NCBI RefSeq assembly: GCF_964188315.1
Contig: NC_135660.1
Coordinates: 41,478,001 to 41,542,000, forward strand
DNA length: 64,000 nucleotides
Direction: 5' to 3'
Origin: Podarcis muralis
Taxonomy: Eukaryota
Part shown: positions 1 to 31,800 of the stretch, in pieces
Numbering within the stretch: the stretch's first letter is position 1
How the letters are laid out: every line of letters starts with the position of its first letter
Position numbers and translations under genes: made by a program
The notes under the pieces: generated by a model
Told to the model about the DNA's origin: nothing
The model's input: only the letters and a program-made list of their open reading frames with translations
The model's database searches: none

Positions 1-221
1 AGGAACCGTCCAGTAGTCAGTATATAAGGACAGAAAGACTGAACTGTTCCTTGGAGGGGCAGGGCGCAATAATGGACACTGCAAAGGCTCTTAAAATTGA
101 GCGGCAGGTTAACAGGAAAGAAAGAATTTAACAAAACCCAAAATAGAGGGAACTATTGTAATCTCATTTTTTATTTTTTTGTTCGAACCACCTGGGGATC
201 TTCGGATGAAGGGTGGTGTAC

Positions 222-247
222 TAATTAATTAATTAATTAATTAATTA
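222..247. repeat. (AATT)n self-complementary microsatellite, tail of a LINE 3' remnant
   Basis: TAATTAATTAATT... preceded by GGGGATCTTCGGATGAAGGG. Confidence 0.8.
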
Positions 248-444
248 AAACAGCATCACTACACCTTTTCCTTGGTGGTAATGGAATGAGGAGTCCTTCA
301 ACTAACCTCCTGCAAGGAGGTCATTCTCTGTTCCCCATCTTGCTCTGGGACAGGGTCTCCACAGCCCTCCTCCCTTCCATCTCTTTGAGACCCTCATTTG
401 TCCTAATTATGAGGCAGGAGAACATTTTGACCCCTCCCTCTCAC

Positions 445-20045
<19,601 letters not shown>

Positions 20046-20162
20046 GGCAAGGCACTTCTTCCTCCTGCCTTTGTCTGACCTATCAGCCAGAGAGGCTGAG
20101 CAGGACGAAAGTCTCACAGGTTCAACGGAGGGGCGTTGGGCACAGCCTCTCAACAACAGATC

Positions 20163-20175
20163 ATTAATCGTTAAC
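20163..20175. promoter_or_regulatory. HNF1-like site upstream of the ABCC2 start codon
   Basis: ATTAATCGTTAAC matches the palindromic HNF1 consensus GTTAATNATTAAC with 2 mismatches, about 120 nt upstream of the ATG. ABCC2 is a liver/kidney/gut gene. Confidence 0.55.
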
Positions 20176-21779
20176 TCATGGTGTGCAGTCAGCCCCATGG
20201 ATCAAATTCATGAACCTTGGATGGCATAGGCAGAGGAGCTGCCTGGGTATGGCCAGAGACACTGCAGGAGAGGTGGCGGCGTGGATTCTGGTGGGCAGCA
20301 ACATGTGCTGTCTTGGATGAGATCCCTCAAGTTGACTCACCACTAGTCTAGGACCCCCTCCCCTGTGGTGATAAAGTTGAATAATGCCTGGGAAGAAAGC
20401 GTGGGAAGACAACCATCACCCCTTTTCCACACCAGGGAATTTCGCATGCTACTCTCTACCTCAGCGGATTTCCAGGATAGTCTCGGTCTGATTCTGCCCC
20501 ATTGTTCTTCTGCATCATGATTTCTGTGGGCAAGGCATTTCTGAAAGTATGCAGCAGAGTCTTACCCATTCCAGCACCTAGGTATCCCCCCCATTGTGTA
20601 ATCCTACACAGCCAGTCAAGCGTCATGGACTGTTCTAGTGTCCCATCAGATTGGTACTGCACTGGGGGATCCATAGATCTCAACTGGGAAGTACTGAATC
20701 ACAAAAAGTGGTCTGAGAGTGAGCAAACCAGGTTGGAGGGGGGCGGTGGGCCGGGAACTATGAAAATACTACTCGGGATGAAAGACAAAAACTGAACCTG
20801 TCCCTAGCTACCAGCAGTAGTACTGACCTCATTGTGTCCCCCCCCCCCTTGCCCAAAGTGCTCCTGAAACGAACTAAAAAAAGCCAAGAGAGATTCTGCT
20901 GTCTCATTCTTTATACAATCAATAAACTCAGAACCGACTGTGATTCATAGTCCTGACTAAAGGGTCCAATGTCCACGGAACAAGCAATTTAAATCCCTCG
21001 TGGTTAATTATTAGATAGTTAATCAAATCTCATCATATTATAAACAATGTCCCTATCTGGATGGCAGCAGTCTGTTAAAATTCAGGAGCACACAACACAA
21101 CCTTAGGAAATGGGAAGTGAAGACCACCTTTCCACAATGGACAACTTTATAACTCCCAATTCTGCCTTACGCTGAGACACAGGGAAGGGCCAATGTGTGG
21201 TTCTACCACAGGGTGAAATAATTCCTTTCCTACAAATTGGTGTTAATGGTAGGCTGTTGCAACGGTGTTCCCCTTTCTCAGGGTACTTTTATTTGTAAAG
21301 GTGGAGGGGGGCAGAGTTGAATTTCATAGATCAGTGCAGAAACACAGGTTCTCAGAATTCACATCTACTTTGCTCCTTCTCTAGTCCTGCTGTTGTAAAG
21401 TAAGCCTAAGCTCATGGTTTGTCTTGCTTCAGACATGGGCCCAGGCTTAGCCTGAAGCAGCAGGCCCAGAGGAGCAATCACAGTCTCTCCTCCTCTGTAT
21501 GCCAGAGCATTTGTGCCAAGTCATGATTTGGCTTAGCTTTACTTGTGAGTCATTGTGTGAGATCCACAATGGCCTTTAGCAGCAGAAACCACATGACTAA
21601 CTCTTACACAATCTCTGAATCTCTAAACTCCCCTTACCAGAGTCAGCTAAAACATCAAACATTTTCTGAACTTCTGCTCCTCCTCAAGATACTGATTATT
21701 CTGGAAGGTTAACTTACCTGAGGAGCTGCCCTGCTTGTCAAGAAGCTATGCAAATAGAGGCAAATGCCATAAGGGCAAG

Positions 21780-22200
21780 AAAATGATGCCCTTATGGCAA
21801 CCTTGCAGCCTGGCTACTCTAGTCCATGTGTTGATAAACGTGAGGTTGGATTACTGCAATGTGCTCTGTGTGGGGCTTCCCTTGGCCTCGTTCCGCCTGA
21901 ACCCTTATATTCCAGCTCAGTCACTAAGATCATTTGCAGGAGCGTCGTTGGTTATTCCCCAAATTGGTGGAGATCTGACAATAAGCATCCAAGCCTTTAG
22001 CGTCATCAGTCCAGCACTGTGGAATGTTCTGCCAATAAGGATTAACAGGTTCATGCAGGAAATCAAGAATACATCTTTCCGTAAAAGTTACCTCATTGCT
22101 GATTTTAACTTTTCAATATGGTTTTCGTTGTATGGTTTTATGTGTAATTGTTGCAAACCACTCTGGCATTTTTATGAAAAGTGATATATAATTTTTTTAA
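21780..22200 (+). mobile_element. Degenerate L2 LINE fragment
   Basis: ORF 21735-22184 contains RLDYCNVLCVGLP and AFSVISPALWNVLP, with an internal deletion relative to the 15845 copy. Confidence 0.7.
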
Positions 22201-22851
22201 TATAAATTACATAGAAACTTCACCCACTCTAATGACTTCTGTAGGACAGGATCCAGAACCTGACAACAATGAAATTTTGGCTGTCAGGTGTACGGGATTG
22301 CAGTGTTTGGTCACCTTGTGGTCGCTCTCTTAACCCCTGTTCTGAGAGATCCCTCCTCCCGCAATTGCAGTATTGCTTTACCACTTTCCTCTATGTACTT
22401 CAAAGAGGTAGTCTTCCACTCCAATCAAACTGAGGTGGGGTGAAGGAAGCCTGCAACACCCAATGTGCTCTCCCCCCCTCCCGGCCCATTTCCTTTGGGA
22501 GCAGTTTAAAGTCTTGCCATGGCCTCTACAGGAAGAAGAGCCACAGTGATACGGAGTGGCTTCAGGGTTTATTTGAGAAGAGACCTTAACAGGGAGAGTG
22601 TTGCCCGATGGCGAGTGCCCCTTTAATTAAGCCCCTCCCCATCATTTGCTCCCCACAGACAAAACGGCATTACGACAGCTGAGGAAAAAACGCTGTGGAG
22701 CAAGTGGGAACAGGAGAAAAACAAGTAGAGGCTTCTTCATTTGATTGACCCATGTCCTTTAAGCGCTGGCAAGGATGCTGTTGAAATGTCTAAGTCTACG
22801 GATTGCGCAGGTCACAGGGCTCTGGGTCTTCCTGGCCCACAGTAGCTTGTT

Positions 22852-25800
22852 CTACAGGATATTCTTTGCAATTGCATTCAGGGTCCTCACTTTAGCCACA
22901 TCGGCCACCTTGATGGAATATTCAGGTGTGGAGAGGTAGGCCCCCATGGTAATGTAAGGGTTTCTAAAAGAATACCAACAAGTCTTTGGTTACTGTCTGG
23001 AACCTGGACCTAGAAGAGCCGGAAAAAGAACCATCCTAAGTCCTACCCACTGGGCCATAATCTGCTGTCATATTGCCTTTTGGGTGCTACCTTAACCCAT
23101 TGCATCTGCAACTATGAACTACAGACACAAGTCTATCCCTAATGCAACAATGCCTTGCTCCCAGCTAAATGCACCTGTCAGGTTCCAGTGCCCCAGATGT
23201 TCTTAGTCAAGTTACTACCCCAAACGGTGGAGCTGCATCGGGAGATGGAAGCAAGGCTTGGGCCCCTCAGTAAGTCAGGATAGAAACTTGCTCAGTTACC
23301 TGAACTTCATTCCTGAGTCTTTGAGTGAGCGCGCCGAGCAGTGAAACTCAGAGGCGCCAGAGCCTTCTAAGATTCTCTGCAGGTTTCTCTCGGTTATGCC
23401 TCCCCCTGGTGGAGAGAACCCATCACTCAGTCACAAACATGAAGTTAAGCAGGAATAGACAGAGCTACATTCTGGGTCATTAAATAGATGGGGGAAATCC
23501 CTTTGCTCTGAACCAGAGGCTAATCTTTAGGGTCAACGCAGGCTGCACTTGCAGCTCTGAAGCAGGTAGAGCTCCTAAATATGCCTCTGGAAGGGAGCAG
23601 ATGCCCATCATGTATTATCTTATCAGTTTAGCTGCTGATTAGCACAAATGGCCAACTGCTTTTGTTTTGCCTGACAGTTAGTGATCACTCAGGAACACGG
23701 TAAGGAAACATTAGGTAATGTTCCTTGATGCCTGGAAATCTTTGCCTTCATAATGCCATACCTATAAGAGTTTGAGGAAGGGACAGGTAGCTAGAAGCAA
23801 ATTGAATTTGGATTGACAGAGGCAAAGAGTCTACAGCAGCAAGTTAAGCAGGTAGGGGTTGTGTGTGGGTATCTACACTATTCCTTTAACCTAATACAGT
23901 TTCAGCAGTTGTGCCATCCATCTATTTCTACTAAGCTCTGTCTGTTTTTATATCTGCAAATAAATAAATAAATATTATAAAGTCTTTCGTGCACTCTCAT
24001 CCAAAGGGAATTACACCCTAAAGCTCTGTTCCTGGACTTCTTGCCACTTGGGCAAGTGTGGCTGCCTAACAACATGCTTGGTTGGTGCTAGAGTTCTGAT
24101 CTATGCCAACAAGTGGTACTCACTGCAGAGTCTTACCTGGCACTACAACAATCCTGCCCTTAGCCTGAAAAGGAAGAGAAAATGGGTTTAGTGGTCTTGC
24201 TTATAGGAGAAAACACACCAAATGGGTAGCACAAATATTCTGTTAAGGAAGATGTAGAATGTATTTATTTGCAAAATTTAATTTCATTTTTTTAATGCTG
24301 CTTTTCAAATGGTTTGCTCCAAGTAATACTGTCACGTTGAGTTTCTTACATGCTCCTCTAGGAAAGTATGCTCCCACACTTGTCTATCATTGTGTATATT
24401 TCACCTCTGAAAAGTCAAACAACTGAGGATCTACCAAGTTTCACCTCCATCCTCGGATGGTTGAACTTCAGAAACTATATGCTGCCATATCAGTATCAGC
24501 AGGACTGCTTCAACTTCACCCCAGTGTTAGAGACTGGAAGCAACTTTAAAATAACTGAGCGACTCCTGCGTTGTCTTTTGTCTGTTGTGCATTCTTCTGG
24601 ACAGGTGTGAGATACGGGTGTGCCATGCGCATATTGTGTACTTAACAGAGAAGAAGGGAGCTAATTTACTGCAGTAGCCTACGGGAATTAACGCAATACT
24701 GAAAGAAGCTATTGTATCAGAAGGTGCAAGGCAGTTTCTGTATATTCAATAGGGAAGCCAGTTTTCACCCTGAATCGCTGAAAAACCCTCACCCATCTGA
24801 AGACCATGAAAGACTGCTAGCTGGCATTTCTCTGCTCCCACCACACTCTGTCCAGTTCCTTGGATAGCCCACTCTTAAGTAGGCAAGAAAAGTGTATCAG
24901 TAGAGTTACAAATTTGGGAGAGATGATACCTCACCTGTTCTGTCAGTCGTTTTATCAAGGGCAGCCCCTCTAGAACAGTGCTGTCACAGCCACTAGTCAG
25001 GACCCGTTCAAAGCCCATCGATATTAGCGTTTCCAAGGCTGCCAAAGGGTCATAGACCATGTCAAAAGCTGCTGAGAAAAATGGAGCATGTCAGTCTTTA
25101 CTGCCAAATGTTCTGGAAGGCAAATCTACTGATATATTCCAGGCTTTAGCCTAGTCCCAAATCCCTGGTAGACAGTCCTAATATGTGCAATTCCCAGAGT
25201 ACATTCTCATAGTCCCCCCCCCACCTCACCAAGGTAAGGCCATTGTGCCTGAGCCTACAGCCTGCAAGTAGGCAGTCCAGCTTTCATTCCCCACTCCAAG
25301 CTCTGTAAGAAGAGTGCTGGACCTGTCCAACGGCCTATCCAGTCCAGCATCATGTTCCCACAGTGGCCAACCAGATGCCTGTGGGAAACCAGCAAGCAGA
25401 AACTCACCTCTGTGGAAGGTGACTGGCAGAGGGCGGGAAGCAGCTGCAAAAAGAACAGATCCCAGATGGTTAGTATACCTTTGCTTAGGGTTTGGCTTTG
25501 TGAAGGCAATGCTTCCGCTACTGGCCCTGGAAAGAAAGGAAACTTCTCCAGATGGTTCAACCAAGGTGGCTGTAGTCATCTGACACCATTTCTGCAATAT
25601 GGATTCATCATCCTTTCTCATTTCCACTAAGACTGCCCACTAGCTAGCTCTTTGAATGGCATTTCTTTTCACGTTTTGTGTATCAAACCCCTCACACATG
25701 TTGGGCTTATGCACTTATTTTAAAAAGTAATCCTGGTGTAGACTATAGATGTATCCACTCGTTTCCCTAGGTAGCCTGTGGAATAATGAACCATGGAGTG

Positions 25801-28800
25801 AATGGATACTGGCTTCTGGTTAAAATAGTTTAGCTGCTGTATTTCAGCTTGCCTCACAGAACTTTCCCCACCTTTCCTCCTTCTGTGTGCTGTTCTGTGG
25901 GGGGGAGGGGGACATGCAGGAAGAGGACAGGGTTCACCTAAAGGTAAAGGTACCCCTGCCCGAACGGGCCAGTTGTGTCCGACTCTGGGGTTGCGCGCCC
26001 ATCTCGCTTAAGAGGCCGGGGGCCAGCGCTGTCCGAAGACACTTCCGGGTCACGTGGCCAGCGTGACAAGCTGCATCTGGCGAGCCAGCGCAGCACACGG
26101 AAACGCCGTTTACCTTCCCACTAGTAAGGGGTCCCTATTTATCTACTTGCACCCGGGGGTGCTTTCAAACTGCTAGGTGGGCAGGCGCTGGGACCGAGCA
26201 ACGGGAGCGCACCCCGCCGCTGGGATTCGAACCGCCGACCTGACGATCAGCAAGTCCTAGGCGCTGAGGTTTTACCCACAGCGCCACCCGCGTCCCATAG
26301 GCTTCACCTAGCTAGAGCCAATTTTGGGGGGCATGCAGGGAGAGGACAGGCTTCCCCTAGCAAGACTAATTCTTCTTCAGAAGATATACTGTCAGTTTCA
26401 GTTAAATAGAGAAAATAGCTAGTAATTATTTTCTTTGCATTTTTGAGGGTCCAGAAAAACCATAGAGTTATCATTCTTTCAAAAAAGTTTCCTATTCTTC
26501 TGGATAATTCTTCCTTCTGTACAGAATTTATGGCTGCCTAACACTCTCTCCATACAGAGCTGCACAGTGCCCCTTCTTACCAACAAAGGTCACTCGTCCC
26601 AACCATTACAGCGTTTGGCTCCTGCTTTATCTGAATAATTCATTCATTTATGGAATGACCTATGGAATGTCCTCCCTCTAGAGCAGCCTTTGTCAAATTA
26701 GCTGGGGCTAATGGGAGTTATAGCCCCAAACATCTGGAGGATACCAGCTTGGTGTAGACTGCCCTAGGAGCACGACTGGTGCTAAAGCGCTGTTGTCATT
26801 TTGGCATCAGGTGAAGCTTCAATATTTCCCCAGCCTCTTTTTTTTGGAGTGAGGAGTCAGAAGTTTCCGTCACTTCTGCAACTGAAGAGACTGTAGCACC
26901 ATGGCCGTTTCCCCCCTAATAAGCTCCATTTATATATGTTTTTATAAATTGTGCTGCATTGTTTTTATTCTACTGTAACCCACCCTGGGATCACATGATG
27001 AAGGGTGGATTAGATGTTCTCTTATACTGTAAATGAATGAATAGCTCAATATAGTGAGGCAGGCTCTAGTATCTCGTGGATCTTGCCTGTAGGAAATATT
27101 TCTTAATTTGAACCATGGAATTATTAGCTGGTGGCACTGTATGACAATCACTACTCAAGTACCAAATAAGCCCTTTGAAAAGTAAAGCCTGCTCACCCAG
27201 CAGTGCTGTGCAGAGCTCTGTATCCACACGTCCATCCTCAGTCAAGGCTCCAAACACCAACCCATCAGCCCCATGTTGTTTGGCAAGTCGGATGTCTGCT
27301 TTCATCACCTCCACTTCTCGGTCAGAATAGAGGAAATCCCCCCCACGGGGGCGGATCATCACAAATACAGGCACCCTTATACACTGCTTCACCACTTGCA
27401 AAAGGCCTGCAGACAAACATGTTTGGGACATGGTGTCAGTTTTGTACTGGATTGTTCTATGAGTTGGACAAGAAGTGAAACCTAGAACATGGTACGGAGG
27501 AACTTAGGAACATAGCAAGATACCTCATACAAAGGGAGACCACTGAGCCATCTAGGTCAGTTCTGCCTATGTCTGGAGTAGCCAACAAGATGCCCTCCAG
27601 ATGTTGGTGAACTACAACTCCAATCAACTGACCATTTAGGCTGAGGCGAGTTGGAGTCCAACAACATCTGGAGAGCCACACGTTCCCCATCCCAGAGCTA
27701 GACCATCAGCACTGGGTCTAAGAGAAGCAAGGGAGAAGAGAACAGGGCAGATGTCAAACCCTTTTTGCAGAATTTGGGAGAAAGGGCTGCTGAAGGAGAG
27801 AAGGTGAAATAGGGTGATTAAATAACAGCCTGTCTTGCAAAAAGACCAGGAGGTGCTGATGACACAGAAGAACACAAAAAGAGCAAGCAGAACAACAGGT
27901 ATTTTCTTTCTGTTCCAGGAGCAGAGGGCCTGGAGGGCAGAGGTCCAAACATTTCTCCACATTGCTTGGCTGCTCAGTACTGCTACATGTTGCAGAGAAA
28001 TGGTGGATTGGATCTTGCTTGTATGTGCCAACTCACCTATAGTAGGTGTTGTTCCTCCTTCCATGAGGTTGGCACACAGTTCAAGGCGGCCAGCACCTGC
28101 AACAGGGTCACACATTAAACCTCTGAATATAAGTGGTTTGCAAGATTTTAAGAGAGATCTACATTATGAAGAAACCATGTGGTTCTTGCTATAATCCAAC
28201 AAGGGAAGTTCGCCCAGCTCCATCATTATATGTCTTTAGCTGCTAGGCAAAAACCTTCCTCTATAAGCAGGCCTTTGGCCTTTAACTATCTGCGGCCATT
28301 TAGAAGTGGGTGGGATTTTTTTTAAGTATTCCCTCCCTCCTCCCCTTGGTTTTAATGTATCTATGTTGGGTGTGTTAAGGTATGGGGGTGCTGTTTGTTT
28401 GTAAATAGCAACTAACAAATTTAAGTAATAAATAAAATAAACCAATGGGTAGGAGTGCTGGAAATTTTCGAGCCAAGAGTGAGATTGGTCACCTGCATTT
28501 AGCTTATCCACATAGACTTCAACCCCTACTCAGGCAGTAACTAAGAAAGAAAATTAATTAATAGGTGATTTGAGTATCTCAGCCCATGTTTTATAATGCA
28601 CTGCAGCAAAACAGAGCAGGACCACTTAAGTAGTTAAGGCAGCTGAAGACAAGGCAAGTTGACATTTATTCATTTAAATTTGCAGTTTGCCCTACTCTCA
28701 AAGGCTAGAGTAATTGGGTTGCAGGCAATTAAAATATATAAATGCATATCCTGAATCTATGTGTCACTAACCTAGATCAGAACTTTGGAAGTCTTTACTT

Positions 28801-31360
28801 ATTGACCAGTTTATAACATTTAATATCCTACCTTTCAAGCCTAAAAGGGTTCATAAAACAGTTTCACACTGCTTGGGGAAGTAAGTGTGCCTCTCTTTTC
28901 AATACATATAGCATGTGTACCCAGAGGTGTCCTGGCCTAGAAAGACCCCTCAAATGATCCTTAAGTATTTCCATCTTCCATCTTTTTTATGGGATTACCT
29001 CCTCTCTCTGCATTCACAGCAGACTCCACAGAATCAACACATACTTCCATGAGAAAGCCATTGGCCATTCCTAGAAGAGAAACACAACCAGAGGTTATAG
29101 GGCAATCAGGCTCTGTCTCAGAGAAAAGGGACAGACAGTGATTGAGAGAGGCGATTCCTTCCACCTCAAGCTCCAGTGCTTTGTCTTTTAACTGGCTTCT
29201 TTCATCTTGCTCACCCAAGCACATCCACAGCTCTCAGAAACAGAAGCTTCATAGATTCCCCATCACCAGTAACCTTAAAAAGCCTTAACCTGTCAGTAGC
29301 TGCTTTAAAGGGAACACACAATAAGAACAGAAAACTTGCATCACCATGCGAATTTAAAGAAGAAATCAAGCTTGATCTGTATCAGCTCAAAACAGGTACA
29401 GAAAAAACACATGGGAAGTTGAACACTACTTTTGCTGTAACTCCTGATCCCCTTGCCTTCTTGCTCTCCCTGGATCTTGTTCTCTGTATTGCACTGTCTG
29501 AACAGATCTGTCTGTCTGTCTATGTGTTTATATGTTTGTTTATTTATTACGAAATAAGTCACTTTTCAGCCTGGTCTCCCAGAGTAGTATACAAAATTAA
29601 ATAATAAACATAGAATACCAAATAATTAACAAAAAAGTAACTGTGAAAGTGGCACATACAAAAGTCAGCAGACTAAAAACCTGAAAATTCTAAAATATTT
29701 TAAAAGACCTGTGCAATTAAAAAATGTTTATCTGGCACCAAAAAAGAAGAAGAAGAAGAAAAAGAAGAAGGGAAAAGATCAGCACTAAGTGAACCTTCCA
29801 ATGGAGAGAATTATAAACCTCCGCTATCCCAACTCTTCATCAGTTTCATTACTTACAGGGGCACAGGAGAAATTACTTAAAGGGGCACAGGAGAAATTAA
29901 TACACTGGCAAGTTTATTCAGTAGGTGGTCCTTAATGTAACTGCATCATTAAAAGAGACTCTTGAACCTGATTTCTGCAGATTAGCACAACCTAGCAGTT
30001 CGAAAGCACCTTCGGGTGCAAGTAGATAAATAGGGACCGCTTACCAGCGGGAAGGTAAACGGCGTTCCGCGTGCTGCGCTGGCTTGCCAGATGCAGCGAT
30101 GTCACGCTGGCCACGTGACCCGGAAGTGTCTGCGGACAGCGCTGGCTCCCGGCCTATAGAGTGAGATGAGCGCACAACCCTAGAGTCTGGCAAGACTGGC
30201 CCGTACGGGCAGGGGTACCTTTACCTTTACCTAAAGTGGAATAAGGGTTTGAAGGGGGGCTCCAATTTGGAGGATTCAAGGATGGGTCACAGCTCAGCGG
30301 TAGTGCCTTGTATTCAGAAGGCCACAGGTTCATTTCCCAGTAAGTCCAAGTAGGGCTAGGTTGTTCCGTTTGAAACCCTGGAGAACTGCTGTCAAGTCAG
30401 TGCAAGCAATACTGAACTAGATGGCTCTATGGTCTGACTCACTTTAAAGTAGCGTTCTACATTCTGAATAAAAAGTCTGTGCTAGTGATCCCGATTTTTC
30501 CTCCTTTCAGAATACTAAATTGAGTAGGGCTGACTTCCCTTCCACCTTTCTCCATATATTTCAGAGGATTCAGGTTCTCCAGCAGGAAGATGAAGTTGAG
30601 ATGCGTGGTAACAGCTGACCGCAAGGCCAGCTTGTAATTTGCAGAGTCTCCCTTACGCAAATGCAGAACTTACTCTAGAAACTCCAACAACAGATGGAAC
30701 TTTGGCCAGTAACATAGTGCATTAAATGTGCATTCTGTAGTTGACGTCCTTTGTTATGCTTTGTTTTGAAATATTTTAAGGTAATGTTTTAGTTTCCTAT
30801 TAACTCTGTCGCTTTGAAGGTACACTTTATATTTGTTTTTATTCCGTTATGTTTTATTCAGGATTGCTTTAATTGATGCTTCAATGTAGCTTGTAAAGCG
30901 CTTCAACTCCCCCCTTAAAAATATAGAAATTAAATAAATACGCAAACAAGCAAGCAAGCCCCACTGAGTGCAGGCAAGATTGCAGTCCTCAGGCCTATAG
31001 CTACAACCCTGCAGACGCTCACCTGAGAATAAGGACCCCTTTGGACTCAATTGGGTTTTACGTTTTAAACACAAAGGCCTGATATGTAAAAATGCCAATA
31101 AAATCTATCCCACTTGGTTTTGCTGAATGCACATAGCGGCCGTGAGTGTGCACAGCCCCCCCCCCCCCAGAACAACAGTATTAAAATTTCTGGCTCCTCT
31201 TGCATCTGTGGAGGGGGAAAGGGAGGCCTTGAAGCCGCCCGGATTTCCGGCCCCGCCCTCGGGATTCCTCGGGATCCCCAGCGCTTCCTTCCGGCCGTCC
31301 CTCCGCCCACTCACCCTCACACCCTTCTGCCTGGCCCTGCTTCCGGTCCCATCTCCTCAT
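22852..31360 (-). CDS. CUTC: Copper homeostasis protein CutC homolog
   Basis: Exons: tentative 31360-31315 (MRRWDRKQGQAEGCE, donor GTGAGT), 29070-28999 (MANGFLMEVCVDSVESAVNAERG), 28096-28037, 27406-27197 (VFVMIRPRGGDFLYS), 25443-25408 (PVTFHR), 25068-24935, 24164-24137, 23405-23300 (EFHCSAR), 22963-22852 (ends NAIAKNIL*). 804 nt in frame. AATAAA on the minus strand at 22573-22568. Exon 1 is uncertain; exons 2-9 are secure. Confidence 0.93.
25939..26296 (-). mobile_element. Sauria-type SINE (subfamily B), full length, in CUTC intron 4
   Basis: Reverse-strand GGGACGCGGGTGGCGCTGTGGG head and GGGGTACCTTTACCTTTA tail; TTCACCTA on both flanks. Confidence 0.9.
29989..30232 (+). mobile_element. Sauria-type SINE (subfamily B), 5'-truncated, in CUTC intron 1
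   Basis: Starts at AACCTAGCAGTTCGAAAGCAC and ends GGGGTACCTTTACCTTTACC; near-identical by eye to the copy at 33571. Confidence 0.88.
30281..30455 (+). mobile_element. Degenerate tRNA-derived SINE
   Basis: CAGCTCAGCGGTAG A-box-like and CAGGTTCATTTCCC B-box-like motifs, followed by a body resembling the repeat at ~60930-61030. Confidence 0.45.
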
Positions 31361-31800
31361 TCCGCCTCGGGGCCGCTCCGGAGGCGCGGCGGATGTCGGC
31401 AGTTCTGCGCCAAACCAGCCCTGAGCTGAGGAGGAAGCCCCGCCCACCCCTGGGGCCTCGGCTCCCGCGCGGCGACGGCGCACACGCAAGAGGAGGCGCC
31501 GTCCTACCTGTCACGTGGCGTCGCGGTCACTGAGTGCGCGGTCGCGGCGTTTCCGGAAATAGCTCGGATTCCTTTCCGTGTCAAGAGCGAGTCGCTTCCG
31601 GGTTGCAGCTTGAGGAGCGATGCTCTTGCGGGCGGCACTAAGAGGGTCTCGGCTGTTGCTGGCCCCACGAGGAACGGGGTCCCCCGGCCAGGTACTCCAG
31701 GGGCGGCGCTTGGTTTCCATAGCAACGGGGACCGGGTCAAAGATGCCTCTTTATCCGCCGAGGGTTGCATAACGAAGCCACCCCCGGCGGCTCCTCGTTT
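31300..31800. promoter_or_regulatory. CpG-island bidirectional promoter shared by CUTC and COX15
   Basis: High CpG density between divergent starts. E-box GTCACGTGG (CACGTG 31512-31517), palindromic ETS-like TTTCCGGAAA 31550-31559, CTTCCGG 31595-31601. The head-to-head CUTC/COX15 arrangement is also known in human. Confidence 0.75.

Noticed and set aside
20200-20220. Nuclear-receptor ER8/IR element in the ABCC2 promoter
   Set aside because: Only one good half-site (TGAACC) with a mismatched partner; too weak to call.
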